Source of the DNA: Octopus vulgaris
Taxonomy: Eukaryota
Direction: 5' to 3'
Assembly: GCA_951406725.2 (NCBI GenBank)
Contig: OX597815.1
Location: 202,740,001-202,804,000 of the forward strand
DNA length: 64,000 nt
The translations under genes and the position numbers were made by a program. The notes beneath the pieces are model-generated. The model made no database searches. It was not told the DNA's origin and worked only from the letters and a program-made list of their open reading frames with translations. Below are positions 1-13,612 of this stretch, piece by piece (positions within the stretch are counted from its first letter, which is position 1; every line of letters begins with the position of its first letter).

Positions 1-530
1 CTCTGATGACATCACATGTAAGAAAGAAATTTGGACACGACTAGCCATGATCCGAACGTCCAAGGAAAAGCATTATAACATCTTGAATAACAAAAGTGTT
101 CCAACTAAGTTGAAAACAAGGCTAATGGGAACACTCATTTAGCCAATAGGCATTTATAGTTGCGGAGCATGGACTCTGAATAAATTTGAATAAAATATAA
201 TCAATTCGTTTGAGATGTGATTGTATAGGAGAATGTTACGAATCTCTTGCAATGAATCAATGCTACAAGTAGATAAAATACAACTCCTGAAGATAGTGAA
301 AATAGCAAAATTTCATCTATTACGACTATATTCGAAGAAACAGAGGTTTGGTAAACAGTATCATAGAAGGAATGGTAAAGGGTAGAAAACCAAGTGGCAG
401 GCAAAGAACGTAATAGATGGGCAATAACATGAGCTGGCTGAACATAAGTAGCAAGGTAGGTGGAGATAACGAGTTTAATCGAGAAGTATTTCGTCATCAA
501 TGCGCTGCAGCAGGCGTACGAGATATAGCA
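1..530 (+). mobile_element. Degenerate 3' fragment of an RTE-clade LINE ORF
   Basis: Manual translation from nt 2: CKKEIWTRLAM...KLKTRLMGTLI*PIGIYSCGAWTL...INSFEM*LYRRMLRIS, later IIEGMVKGRKPSGRQR. This matches the RTE/BovB post-RT motifs (YGCESWT, AFEMWCWRRML, EG.R.RGR.R). Several stops. Confidence 0.8.
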
Positions 531-2879
531 ACAACGATCTTACCTTTAAGTGAAGTCGGTAAATCGAAGTTGAGGAAATTTTGGTAAATAATTCTTGCAG
601 ACTGAGGCTCCCCTACTTTGGTTCACATAATTAGGTACTATAGCCAAGTGTTTACTACAATATTATAGTATCAGATCTTATGTAATCATTGTGTTATGCA
701 TTTTCCTGATACACTTTCACATCATGAGTGAAATAAATGGAGCTGACCTAGAGCTAAACCATTGTAACGTATGTTGTGTTTTGAGGCAGAATATAACTCT
801 TTCTTCTTTTAGGAGGGTAAAATCGATTGCATCGACCTCAGGACCTGAGAGTGCCTGGGAGAATAAATGATTGCCTAACCTGACCACAATATGACTAAAT
901 TTTACAACGCATTTTTTCCATTGCACTACTGATTCTTCTATGTCCATATTTGGAGTAAAAACAATCAGCTTTAATTTACATCAATAAAGAAAGGGATAGG
1001 ATAAACATAATATATACTAAGAATGACATATGTCAGAACAATTACTTTCGAATAATATCAATGTTTGATAATCTACTTTGTAACTTAAATAAGCTTTAAT
1101 ACTGAAATAGCCTAGAAACAGCTATACTATCACTTCGAAAAGCACAATGCTTCCGAATTTTATGGATATGCATAAAGGCTTCATTGTTTCTACAGAATAG
1201 TTGTGGCATAACTGAAGTGAAATGGCTTGGAACTAAAAGCAAAGCCGATTCGTAGATCTCTAGAAAACGAGATTACGGTGACTATCAGAAGAAAGAAAGG
1301 CATTTATTGAAATGGCTTAACGTTTAGTAATACAATAGTCAATATCATTTTATATGTGTTTCTCTTAGTAGTCCATTTTCAATTTGTCATAATCTCCAAT
1401 TGCAGTTAAATCCACCTGGTCATCTCATAATGTGTCAGAATGACTTCTCATCCTTTTAAAGTCCTGAAAGCATGAAAGTAAACCAATGGAATTCCTCCTA
1501 AAGTATATCTTTGCATCTATTGGCATTTATTTCCAATTACCGAAGTATTAGGCAAGTATTGTAATAGTGTTTGTCTAATACGAACCAAAAGGTCTGTATC
1601 CTGTCACAGCTTCACTAACAAATCTCCTGAAATGTATCAGGTTTGTTTTTCATCTCCTGGATTTATTTTAAATACGCAAAAGAATGCATTTATTCACTGG
1701 ATTTTCTCGATCCCAGCAGACTTAGGTATAACAAAAGCAATGAAACACAATCAATACCTCCAGAAGATCGATCGACTTGCTAGAAAAATCAACCAATTCT
1801 CCCTTACATCATGCCCTATCACTTTTTTTGCAGGGTGGTGGAATAAAGAAAACAGCAGTATATAATCTTGTTTCTCTAAATCAATCCAGAATGCAACCAT
1901 ACGAACATCTTTCGCAACAAAAACAGCGACATTATTAACAGCTTTGATCTCTGCTCAACTCGATAAGAGTTCACCTGGGGATAAACACCACAGAAGAGCT
2001 AACGAGGTAGTCGCTCGGCCTGCTAGAATTAGCAGTCAAATTCACAACATGAACGCTACTGTTTTAGTAAAACACGATAAATCGAATAATAAAGTCTGCA
2101 GTTAACGATACCAATAACAAAAACTATCCGGACCGTTATTACAAGAATGCTTCCAGTCACATTTCTTTTGTTCTATCAAGGCTGACATAGAGCTAAGGGG
2201 CAACAGGTAAAGCGGAAATTACTGAAATCGGTTACTACTCTGTGTAGAGCAGCTATGACCAATTTTTTATCAGTGGAATTAATAATTGTTGTTAATATAT
2301 ATTTCTTGGTGGTAATGGAATCCCCTTATTTAAGAAACAGTTAGGCTGTTGAAGAAGCGATTTCTATTTCCAACTGGTGTGCACTCTCTATATTACTGAA
2401 ATATACAGTTCAGTAATGTTTATATTAACAGTTGAACTATTGTGTCTTACTGTGATTATGAATATTTAGCAAGAATAGTGAACTATATACAATTAATTGC
2501 TGAGTATGACTATAGGCTTCATCAGTTACAACTCTTCTCTTCTCAAATATGACAATAACTTTAATATTGAAAATATGTAGAAAGTGGTGTGCTATTCCTT
2601 ATAGCCTCTTTTAGTGTGAATACGTAAGAGACTGTCGTTCATTCTCCAGGATATTCATGACATAATTGAAACGTAATGAAACGGTTAAGAACTATGATCA
2701 AAAGCCGATGCGTTTAAACTTGTGCATGTTACGCTAAGAAAACACTTTACTTCGAACTGAATTGATATCAATTGTGTCACAACTTGGTCGAAATGACATT
2801 CTTTCATTTGTTACAACAGCTTGTTCTCTCTAGAATCTGTAACTCGAGATTAGATTCAGTTGAATACTAGGTATCTCTA

Positions 2880-4335
2880 TCTCATATTATAAAAGGCAGA
2901 TTTTATCTGCCTCCCTTTGTATCTTATAGAAATCTACAATATGGGATTTCTTCAATTACAATTTACCTAGCATTTTTAAGAATAGAATGCATCGGGTCGT
3001 GCCAGGTCCAGTTTTTAAATTTTCAACCCCAATTAAGCAAAATTTAGAGAAAACTCACATTGTGGTGTATATGTCAAATGCTTTTCTTAGTGTGGGCTAC
3101 ACCACACGCAAACGCACACACACACAAACGGAGCGAACTGTTTCACTGACGCTATCACCCTCATTTCTCCTTTCTCTTTGCAAGTTTGCAACGATTAAAG
3201 AGAAAACAGTGAATCCGACAGCGATTAAGAAAATGAATTGGCACCTGAATGGAGTGAAAATTTAAAAACTGTTTCTTTCGGTGATTTTTCTGAAGAAACT
3301 GCACCAAGCCACAGACTTTCCCAGAAGAGTAAAGCCTTAAACTATTTCTTTTTACTTTTTCGAATGAGCCTATTTGAAATCATTACGGCGGAAACGAACT
3401 GTTACGCTAAAATGTAAACAAAACGAAAGAAAGGATAGTTTGTTATTTCTCACAACCTTAAATGAAATTAAGGCCTATTTTGCCATAAATATTATTATGG
3501 GTATCAGAAAGTTACCCAGAATAACAAATTCTATCGTAAAATTTTGTTGTATACCCAATTGAATATTAGCTAATAACCCATTTTCTATAGCGATGTTTGA
3601 ACAAAATTTTAATAATTTTATATATTGTTGAATTTACCTGCATCTACCTGCAATTAGAGTCACTTTGTGACAAAAATTATAGTATAGAATTGGTTGAGAA
3701 CATTTCATTAAATTATCTTCCAAAAATCACATTAATATATTGATAAATAAAAAAGTTATTGTTGTTTAATGAAACCAGACTAAATTTATGATTACGTTAG
3801 AAAATAATTGAAACGCATAAGGGTCAGAAATATAGTAACGAAAGGGTTAAGAAAAACCAAAAAAATATTTTATTCTTTATAAATGTTGTGTTCAAAATAA
3901 CATTTTCTTTTAAGAATGTGTATATAACAAAGTGACTTATATCTTTATATATAAAAGTGAAGTTGTGTCTGTCTCATACGATTTAGATTCCTAACTACTC
4001 CCACATTTTGCGGTGCAGTTTAACCAAAACCGGGTATCTTATAGTCATGAGTCATATCGAGCCCTTCTGGGTATTAGCGCGCGTCTACGATGAGTCTACG
4101 ATTTTAAAAAAATTTACCATCATATTTTTCCATTTTAATGCATTTTTTCGCTATTATATAAGGGAAGTAACTCTCTAAAAATATCTACGATGTGTCAACG
4201 ATTTAAAAAAAAATTTACCTTAATTTTTTTCCATTTTTAATGCATTTTTTTCCTATTTTTTGGCTATAACTCTCTAAAAATGCTTATATAGTTATTTCCC
4301 TTACAAACCCGAGCAACGCCGGGCGATACTGCTAG
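2880..4335 (+). mobile_element. Composite non-autonomous Helitron-like element (or nested/tandem Helitrons)
   Basis: Starts A|TCTCATATTATAAAAGGCAG. The first ~250 bp are near-identical to 16205 onward. Ends ACAAACCCGAGCAACGCCGGGCGATACTGCTAG|T (hairpin + CTAG), identical to the end at 17642. A second Helitron-type 5' end (TCTTTATATATAAAAG) lies at 3942. Confidence 0.7.
3255..3850 (+). mobile_element. piggyBac remnant: N-terminal transposase fragment plus right terminus GGG-TTAA
   Basis: Frameshifted translation KALNYFFLLFRMSLFEIITAETNCYAK...TTLNEIKAYFAINIIMGIRKLPRI matches the piggyBac/PGBD4 motif (F.LFF...IV.ETN.YA...TT..E.KAF.G..I.MG...LP). The region ends AGTAACGAAAGGG-TTAA at 3847-3850. 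No left TIR seen. Confidence 0.75.
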
Positions 4336-4674
4336 TATATATATAAAAGGCAAAATGTCTGTGTGCGTGTCCTTTATACAAATCCACAATTTGTCAGTTA
4401 GAGGGCTCGCACTTTCTATGTGGTCGTGCACATCTTTACATTTCCCCAGTCACCCCGCAAAGCCATTAAAAATATCAATAGAAGTGACTTTTTGGTGAAT
4501 TTTCTATCCATAACCCAATGAAAATGCCCGAAACTAGATACGTCAATTGAATGCCATCTAGCTGAATGTGATTGGTCGGAGATTTGGACAGTACTCACGT
4601 GTATGTGCGCACGCACGCTGCTGTATATGCATGCGCTAGCACTATGACCCGGCGTTGCTGGGTCATAGTGCTAG
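4336..4674 (+). mobile_element. Short non-autonomous Helitron-like element abutting the previous one
   Basis: Begins TATATATATAAAAGGCAAAATGTCTGTG. Ends in the hairpin CTAGCACTATGACCC-GGCGTTGCT-GGGTCATAGTGCTAG followed by T. Confidence 0.6.
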
Positions 4675-5570
4675 TTTGTATTAAAAATTTTAACAGATTT
4701 TTCTCCTTTCCCTTCATTTATATATTTATCTCAGATAATCTCTTCTGGCTCAGATTTCTCGCTTTGTTATTTATCTAAAACTTTATTTGAATAGCACAAT
4801 AGCACAATAGCACAATAAAAGGCATCCATAGAGTTCTTTCGTTCAATACACTAAGCGACAACCCATGAAGCATAATTGGTGACGCTTGGTTTTACCGACT
4901 GAGTAGAATATGCTACGTTCATGAGACATATCCAGTTCAACATCAAACCACGCTGTCTATATTTTAACTAATTTTGATCATCAACTGATATTCTTGGCGT
5001 TCTAACCACCCCGACAGGGAGTATTCGCCTGCTAATTGCTTCTGCAATCTTTGTTATCAGACGTTTTTGTTTTCATCTCATTATATTACATATCTTAGCC
5101 CAAACCGTCATTTCATTTATTATACAGAACGCTGCTATTCAGAGCTTTTGTCTCAGCTACATTGTCTACAAAGAAACGACCTGATTTCTAAAAGTATGTC
5201 AAGCAAGTTATGGCTTTGTTTCTATTTAGAATTCTGTCACTATCATTGTTCTATCTAGGTTCATTTATATTTAAATATAAAACTTCATTTATATTCAAAT
5301 TTGCTTTTCAGTTTTAATTCTGAGAGAAGCGTTCACAGGTTTATATTCTTCTGAGACCACTAATAATCATTTGTAAACTTTTATGATAAAGCAGAAAAAA
5401 AGTCTTCCTCTCTAAAATTGATTTATTTACTTTACAGCTAACACTTTTCTTTCCTTTGTTACTCTATTTATATTTTTTTTTATCCTTTATCTTTTTCTTC
5501 TACATTTATTATCTCTCGCTTCATTTTCCGTCTTTAATAGCTTTTTCTATTCTCCCCTCTCTCTCTCTCG

Positions 5571-5966
<396 letters not shown>

Positions 5967-6389
5967 GTTTCAAAGCAGTATAGTTGATGTGTGGCATTAT
6001 GAAATTGAGTGAAAAGGAATTTTAGAAAACAACTACCGCACAAGATGGCAAGCAATGAAAATAAATCAAAGAGATGAAATGGTGTGATTGGAGGAGCTGT
6101 GACTGTTATTTCTAGCAAGTCCATCTACGGGGTTGATGTTCGTAAAATTGTTACCGTATAGACCCAGCTTAATCCTGCTCGAGAAAAATATAAAAAAAAC
6201 ATTCCACTGTTTCGAATAGAAAAGATTACATTCATCTAATCCTTTCCTTTTATGGTCGTAGCATTTGTTATGAGAGGAAGATTTAGCAAGTATTTCTAGC
6301 GGATCGGTGGACTACACATAGGTTTACATTTAGCTTGGTGGCTGCTTCAGATTTTGTTTAGTCCCAGATAGTGAATTCACATACGCTAC

Positions 6390-6600
6390 GATAAGTGTGC
6401 TGTACTCAGGATCGTAGTTTCGGTTCCTAGAAATGTCGATACGTTGTGCTCTTGGGCATTGCCCTTCATTTCATGTTGCTCTATCTAATCCACTATAAAT
6501 GAATAAAGTAACAGACTGGGGCCCAGTTTAAGAAGAGTATTATGATCTCGGTTGCTCATATACCATGAAACCAGGTAACAGCCTCAAACCCAACAACCGT
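6390..6600 (+). mobile_element. Old degenerate tRNA/CORE-type SINE
   Basis: B-box-like GTTTCGGTTCC followed by GTTGTGCTCTTGGGCA...TTCATTTCATGTTGCTC, similar to the reverse complement of 60073-60410. Confidence 0.45.
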
Positions 6601-6741
6601 ATGAGTTCTAGGGTTTGAGGCAATATTGTCTTGGAAATGTTAGCTTTAGATTCACTTTGATCTTTCTAATCTCTGATAAAAAGGATCTGATAACCTTGAT
6701 TATCCACCCCGTTTGTGTATATGGAAGTTCGTCACTTGATA

Positions 6742-7167
6742 TACTCTTTAATCTTTTTCTCTTTTACTTGTTTCAGTCATTTGACTGCGGCGATGCTGGA
6801 GCACCGCCTTTAGTCGAGCAACTCGATCTCGGGACTTATTCTTTTTGTAAGCCCAGTACTTATTCTATCGGTCTCTTTTTGCCGAACCGCTAAGTAACGG
6901 GGACATAAACACACCAGCATCGGTTGTCAAGCGATGTTGGGGGGGGGGACAAACACAGACACACAAACACACACACGCATATATATATATATATATACAT
7001 ATATACGACGGGCTTCTTTCAGTTTCCGTCTACCAAATCCACTCACAAGGCTTTGGTCGGCCCGAGGCTATAGTAGAAGACACTAGCCCAAGGTGCCACT
7101 GCAGTGGGACTGAACACGGAACCATGTGGTTGGTTAGCAAGCTACTTACCACACAGCCACTCCTGCC
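6742..7167 (-). mobile_element. SINE family A (tRNA-derived, internal CA/TA microsatellite, GTAAAAGA tail)
   Basis: Minus-strand head GGCAGGAGTGGCTGTGTGGTAAG (A box) ... GTTCAGTCCC (B box), CORE-like CCTTGGGC..GTGTCTTCTACTATAGCC. At least 12 near-identical copies in the window. Confidence 0.92.
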
Positions 7168-7845
7168 ACTTAGCTTATTTTTAATGCGCCGCTGCCTAGT
7201 ATTACGAGCAGATCATGAATTATCTCTGATGGACCATCTCATGGTCTTTTCTTATCATATAGATCTCTATATGTTTATTTCCTTTTTTTACTTTATCTCT
7301 ACTTTCGTCAATATTAACATATATACAGGTTAGTATCTGAGTGTGCAGGCATGTACGCATAAATGCGTTCATTCGGTTTGCAGAAGTTGGCATAAGTCGA
7401 TCGTGTGATGCCAGCCAAATGCATATCGAAATACAATATAAATCTTCACTCGCAAACAACATTTACACGAAAAAGTTAACAAGTGGATACTGACATAAAA
7501 GCCAAACCATCAAAAATTTGGCTGCAACAAACAAAGGAACACGTGAGTGCAACTGTATAGGGCTAACGGTCAAACGAACTTTGACAGGAAAGTGTACATC
7601 AGTTCAAGCAGTGTAAGAAAGAACACAGACACCAAGTATATTCAGTTCTTCAAAATGAGACTGGTGATCTGCAGACTTTGAATAAGAATTCAGAAACTTT
7701 ATTGTTCTCTGCCAAATGCAAAAGCCTTTGAGAAAATACGAACAATCAAAATACAAAAGGAAAAAAAAACTTGAACACAATAAAGAATTTAATGAAAAAT
7801 ATACATGCGTAAACATGTATACGCGTGTGTGTGAGATGTGTGTAC

Positions 7846-7875
<30 letters not shown>

Positions 7876-7878
<3 letters not shown>

Positions 7879-8039
7879 GCTGTGCGGTAAGAAGCTTGTT
7901 TCCCAACCACCTGATTCTGGGTTCAGTCCAACTACGTGACACCTTGCGAAAATATCTTCTGCTATAGCCTCGGGCTGACCAAAGACTTGTAAGTGGATTT
8001 GGAGGAAGGAAACTGAAAGAAGCCCGTTGTATACATACA

Positions 8040-8070
<31 letters not shown>

Positions 8071-8495
8071 CATACATACATACATACATACATACACACA
8101 TACATACATACATACATACATACATACACACACACATACATACATACACACATACATACATACATACATACATACATACATACATACATACATACATACA
8201 TACATACATACATACATACATACATACATACATACATACATACATACATACATACATACATACATACATGTATGTATGTATGTATGTATGTATGTATGTA
8301 TATCTTTGTGTGTCTGTGCCCCCCCTCCCAACATCGCTTGACAACCGATGTTGGTGTATATGTTAACGTTCCCATAATTCGGCGAAAGTGACCTTGCAAA
8401 GAATAAGTCTTGAAGGAAGATTTCTTCGACTAAAGGCGGTGCTCCAGCATGGCCGCAATCAAAGCATTCAAACGAGTAAAAGAATAAAAGAAAAA

Positions 8496-8497
<2 letters not shown>
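7876..8497 (+). mobile_element. SINE family A, diverged, with expanded internal (CATA)n/(TATG)n
   Basis: Head TGGCTGTGCGGTAAG...GGTTCAGTCC, body ...GGCGGTGCTCCAGCATGGCCGC, tail GTAAAAGAATAAAAGA. Confidence 0.88.
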
Positions 8498-8533
<36 letters not shown>

Positions 8534-8779
8534 GCGCGCACAGAGAAACACGAGAGAGATTGATAGATATAGATACTAATATATGCATTAGTGTAAGTTG
8601 AATATATATATGCACATACATATATCTTTACATACACACCCATGAGTGTGTGTGTGTGTGTGTGTGTGCGTGCAGTAAATCATTTTCTGTTCTATATTTC
8701 ATGTTCTTTGAATAGCCATAGACCTCAAGTTAGGCACCGACTACTTGTATTATGTTCGTCTATCAACCATACACACGCA

Positions 8780-8781
8780 TT

Positions 8782-8866
<85 letters not shown>

Positions 8867-8867
8867 A

Positions 8868-8945
<78 letters not shown>

Positions 8946-9069
8946 CCTGTCTGTCTATCTTTCTTTCTTTCTCCCTCTTTCTTTCTGTGTGTGAGCATAT
9001 ATATATACATACACACACACTTGTTTTCTTTTCTCATGGAAGCTGCTATCATAACAGTGTCAGAGAGAC

Positions 9070-9138
<69 letters not shown>

Positions 9139-9159
9139 GGAAGAGAGAGTTTCTGTCCT

Positions 9160-9257
<98 letters not shown>

Positions 9258-9310
9258 CACACATATATACATATACATGCATACATATATATATATATGT
9301 ATGTATATAT
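8780..9310. repeat. Compound microsatellite (TCTA)n,(GA)n,(TA)n,(CA)n
   Basis: Directly visible. Confidence 0.97.
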
Positions 9311-10109
9311 AATAACACCTACAGACACAAACTCATATGTAAATATATAGTTATGTATATATATATACCTATATATATATCTATGTATGTGCTTATTCGC
9401 AGCAGTGTGAGTTTCAGTAAATATCTGTGTTTGCTTGATATATACCAGTGTGTGCGTATATGTATGTGTGTATGTGTGTATATATTTGTCAGTTTGTGTG
9501 CTTGCCTGCCTGCATGTATGTGTCTGTTTTGTGTACGTACGGTTGTGTGTCTGTGCGTACGTATAGGAGAGCATAGAATGGAAATACCTTGCGTTTTTCT
9601 CAGTTTGCTCTAATTGATTTTGCCACCTTGCTCTCCGCACTATATCCTGCTTCATATATTTGTCACCATCTCTAATGTCTCTCGTGACTTTCTATGAAAA
9701 TTTATTTTGCTGTCATAACTCAACTCCATAAACATGACGTGTGTGTCACCTTCTTTCGAATTAATTTGCACTATCTTATGTAAGTGTAAATGAGTAGTGG
9801 TGAGAGAACATAGATTAAGAGCGGTTAAAGTGGAAACGGTTTCGATTCTCCGACGTTCAGTTTATGTAATCTGCTCCGGAGAATTTTCGTATATGATACA
9901 CGAAAAAGGTTTTATTCGCGAAGATTCACCGTTATCACGCGTGCTCAAATAGGCAGGCAAATAGTAAATATGTTTCTTGTAGCCCCTTGAACCCTAATGG
10001 ATTAATACGGCGGCTGTTTTGACCAAACGAAGTGTTTCAAGTATCGAAAACTAACAGACTGCACACTCTCTCTCGCTCTTCTCTTTCTCTCTCTTTCTCT
10101 CTCTCTTTC

Positions 10110-10220
<111 letters not shown>

Positions 10221-10262
10221 TCACACATATATATATATATATACATATATATATGTATATAT

Positions 10263-10633
10263 GTTACTCTTTTACCTGTTTCAGTCATTTGACTGCGGCC
10301 ATGCTGGAGCACCATCGTCCCCAGGACTTATTCTTTGTAAGCTTAGTACTTATTCTATCGGTCTCTTTTGCCGAACAGCTAAGTTACGGGGGCGTAAACA
10401 CACCAGCATCGGTTGTCAAGCGATGTTGTGGGAACAAACACACACACACACATATATATAATATATACATATATACGACGGGCTTGATTCAGTTTCCGTC
10501 TACCGAGTCCACTCACAAGGCTTTGGTTGGCCCGAGGCTATAGTAGAAGACACTTGCCCAAGGTGCCACGCAGTGGGACTGAACCCGGAACCATGTGGTT
10601 CGTAAGCAAGCTACTTACCACACAGCCACTCCT
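10263..10633 (-). mobile_element. SINE family A
   Basis: Same sequence as the 6742-7167 copy. Confidence 0.92.
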
Positions 10634-10864
10634 ATTTCCTTCAAAAGAGTAATACTGAAACGGTGATATATTTATCGACTTTGGGATGATAACATGCAGG
10701 AATGAAATTGGTGGGGATTCCACATAGTTTGAACCCAGATCGAATATTAGAAAGCATTTTATCATGACTCTACTAATTCGCCTCCAACACATGCACACAC
10801 ATACGCATACATTTAAATGAGTGTATGTATGTAAATACGTATGTGAATGTGTGCTCTTGTGTGT

Positions 10865-10928
<64 letters not shown>

Positions 10929-11006
10929 ACCCGATCCTGTTTACTTCTCTATGGAGAAAGCTAACGGACAGAACTTCAAAAAGTGTAAGTCTGATGTTAA
11001 TATTCT

Positions 11007-12322
11007 TTCCTACTCTAGGCACAAGGCCCGAAATTTTGGAGGAGGGTGTCAATAGATTAGATCAACCGCAGTACGTAACTGGTACCTAATTTATAGGCAC
11101 CTAAAGGATGAAAGGCAAAGCCAACCTTGGCGGTATTTGAACACAGAGCATAAAGACAGACGAAATACCTATTTCTTTACTACCCTCAAGGGGCTAAACA
11201 CAGAGTGGACAAAGAAGGACAGACAGACGGATTAAGTCGATTACATCGACCCCAGTGTGTAACTGGTACTTAATTTATCGACACCGAAAGGATGAAAAGC
11301 AAAGTCGACCTCGGCGGAATTTGAACTCAGAACGTAACGGCAGACGAAATACCTATTTCTTTACTACCCTCAAGGGGCTAAACACAGAGTGGACAAAGAA
11401 GGACAGACAGACGGATTAAGTTGATTACAACGACCCCAGTGCGTAACTGGTACTTAATTTATCGACACCGAAAGGATGAAAAGCAAAGTCGACCTCGGCG
11501 GAATTTGAACTCAGAACGTAACGGCAGACGAAATACCTATTTCTTTACTACCCTCAAGGAGATAAACACAGAGTGGACAAACAAGGACAGACAAACGGAT
11601 TAAGTTGATTACATCGACCCCAGTGCGTAACTGGTACTTAATTTATCGACACCGAAAGGATGAAAAGCAAAGTCGACCTCGGCGGAATTTGAACTCAGAA
11701 CGTAACGGCAGACGAAATACCTATTTCTTTACTACCCTCAAGGGGATAAACACAGAGTGGACAAACAAGGACAGACAAACGGATTAAGTTGATTACAACG
11801 ACCCCAGTGCGTAACTGGTACTTAATTTATCGACACCGAAAGGATGAAAAGCAAAGTCGACCTCGGCGGAATTTGAACTCAGAACGTAACGGCAGACGAA
11901 ATACCTATTTCTTTACTACCCTCAAGGGGATAAACACAGAGTGGACAAACAAGGACAGACAAACGGATTAAGTTGATTACAACGACCCCAGTGCGTAACT
12001 GGTACTTAATTTATCGACACCGAAAGGATGAAAAGCAAAGTCGACCTCGGCGGAATTTGAACTCAGAACGTAACGGCAGACGAAATACCTATTTCTTTAC
12101 TACCCTCAAGGGGATAAACACAGAGTGGACAAACAAGGACAGACAAACGGATTAAGTTGATTACATCGACCCCAGTGCGTAACTGGTACTTAATTTATCG
12201 ACACCGAAAGGATGAAAAGCAAAGTCGACCTCGGCGGAATTTGAACTCAGAACGTAACGGCAGACGAAATACGGCTACACATCTCACCTGGCATGCTAAC
12301 GTTTCGGCTAGTTCGCTGCCTT
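11007..12322 (-). mobile_element. SINE family B tandem array: six 184-bp units (starts 11170, 11354, 11538, 11722, 11906, 12090) plus a flanking variant copy
   Basis: Exact 184-bp periodicity. The unit matches the SINE at 24166-24398 and 32335-32570. Only the last unit carries the tRNA-like 5' head (12270-12322). Confidence 0.95.
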
Positions 12323-12349
12323 GTCTGACGTTAATATTAAGTATGTCGT

Positions 12350-12555
12350 AAGGTGGCGAGGTAGCAGAATCGTTAGCAAGCCGGATAAAATGCTAAGCGG
12401 TATTTCGTCCGTCTTTACGTTCTGAGTTCAAAGTCCACAGAGGCCGACTATGCCTGTCATCATTTTGGGATCGGTAAAATAAGTAACAGTTCAATAATGG
12501 AGTCGCTGTAATCGACTAAACCCCGCCTTTGTGTCAAATTTTGAAACTAATATTA
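12350..12555 (+). mobile_element. SINE family B variant
   Basis: GGTGGCGAGGTAGCAGAATCGTTAGC...GAGTTCAAAGTCC...GCCTGTCATCATTTTGGGATCGGTAAAATAAGTA; the central domain resembles the Meta/MESC SINE domain. Confidence 0.8.
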
Positions 12556-12569
12556 ATTATTGCGGTTTG

Positions 12570-13225
12570 GGCGAAGAGATGGCACAATTGTTAGCACGGC
12601 GGGGAGAATACTTAATGGCATTCTGTCCGTCTTTATGTTCTGGGTTCAAAATTCACCGAGATCGATTTTACTCGTACTCTTTTACTCTTTTAGTTGTTTC
12701 AGTCATGTGACTACGGCCATGCTGGAGCACCCCCTTTTAGTCGAGCAAATCGACCCCAGGACTTATTCTTTGTAAGCCCAGTACTTATTCTATCGGTGTC
12801 TTTTGCCGAACCGCTAAGTAACGGGGACGTAAACACACCAGCATCGGTTGTCAAGCAATGCTAGGGGGACAAACACAGACACACAAACAATACACGCACA
12901 CACACATATATATATATATGTATATATATACGACAGGCTTCTTTCAGTTTCCGTCTACCAAATCCACTCACAAGGCATTGGTCGGCCCGGGGCTACAGCA
13001 GAAGACACTTGCCCAAGATGCCACGCAGTGGGACTGAACCCGGAACCATGTGGCTGGTTAGCAAGCTACTTACCACACAGCCACTCCTGCGCCTATGCCA
13101 CTCCTGCCTTTCATTCTTTCGGAATCAATAAAATAAGAACCAGTTATGCATTGGGATCGATGTAATCGACTTACCGTCATGCTCGAAATTGCAAGCCTAA
13201 GGCCAAAATTTGAAGCCAATATTAA
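12570..13225 (+). mobile_element. SINE family B variant interrupted by a family A SINE
   Basis: Head to ...GAGATCGATTT (about 12669), resuming GCCTTTCATTCTTTCGGAATCAATAAAATAAG after 13105. Confidence 0.75.
12668..13094 (-). mobile_element. SINE family A
   Basis: Full-length copy ending CACAGCCACTCCTGCGCCT. Confidence 0.93.
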
Positions 13226-13419
13226 GTATCTCGACAATGAAAGGAATATTAAGTTTCGGAGTTTATTTAGAATTCTGCTATTCAACCATAATCAAATCCC
13301 ATAAATTACTTCTTAAGGAAGCCTCGACATGGTCATGTGCTCTTCTAGAAACTCCAGACAAATGTCCATCAAAATATAATCTTGTTGCCTTAAAACTTGA
13401 ATGATTTGTTAAATAACAA

Positions 13420-13612
13420 TTATGCCTGGATGTAACTTTTTTCAGTTGCAGTACACTTTTTTTATTCTTATCAAATTACGGCAGTAAACCTGAACTGAAA
13501 ATGTAACTTTTAAGTATAGGGTAAAACATTATATTCAAGTTCGACTGAGGCACACTTAGCATCGTCTCGTGGCACACCAGTGTGCCGCGGAATATCGGTT
13601 GCGGAGCACTGT
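13420..13612. mobile_element. Probable hAT-type MITE remnant
   Basis: Right end reads CAGTGCTCCGCAACC on the minus strand with an internal palindrome GGCACACCAGTGTGCC, typical of hAT/Charlie termini. The left end is degenerate. Confidence 0.45.

Noticed and set aside
1400-1920. Possible LINE RT ghosts (SLTSC on +, FWIDLEK on -)
   Set aside because: The motifs are on opposite strands and too short to support a call
11170-12322. Repeated 60-aa ORFs or a CRISPR-like array
   Set aside because: The units are antisense SINE B sequence with no unique spacers; eukaryotic context, no cas genes
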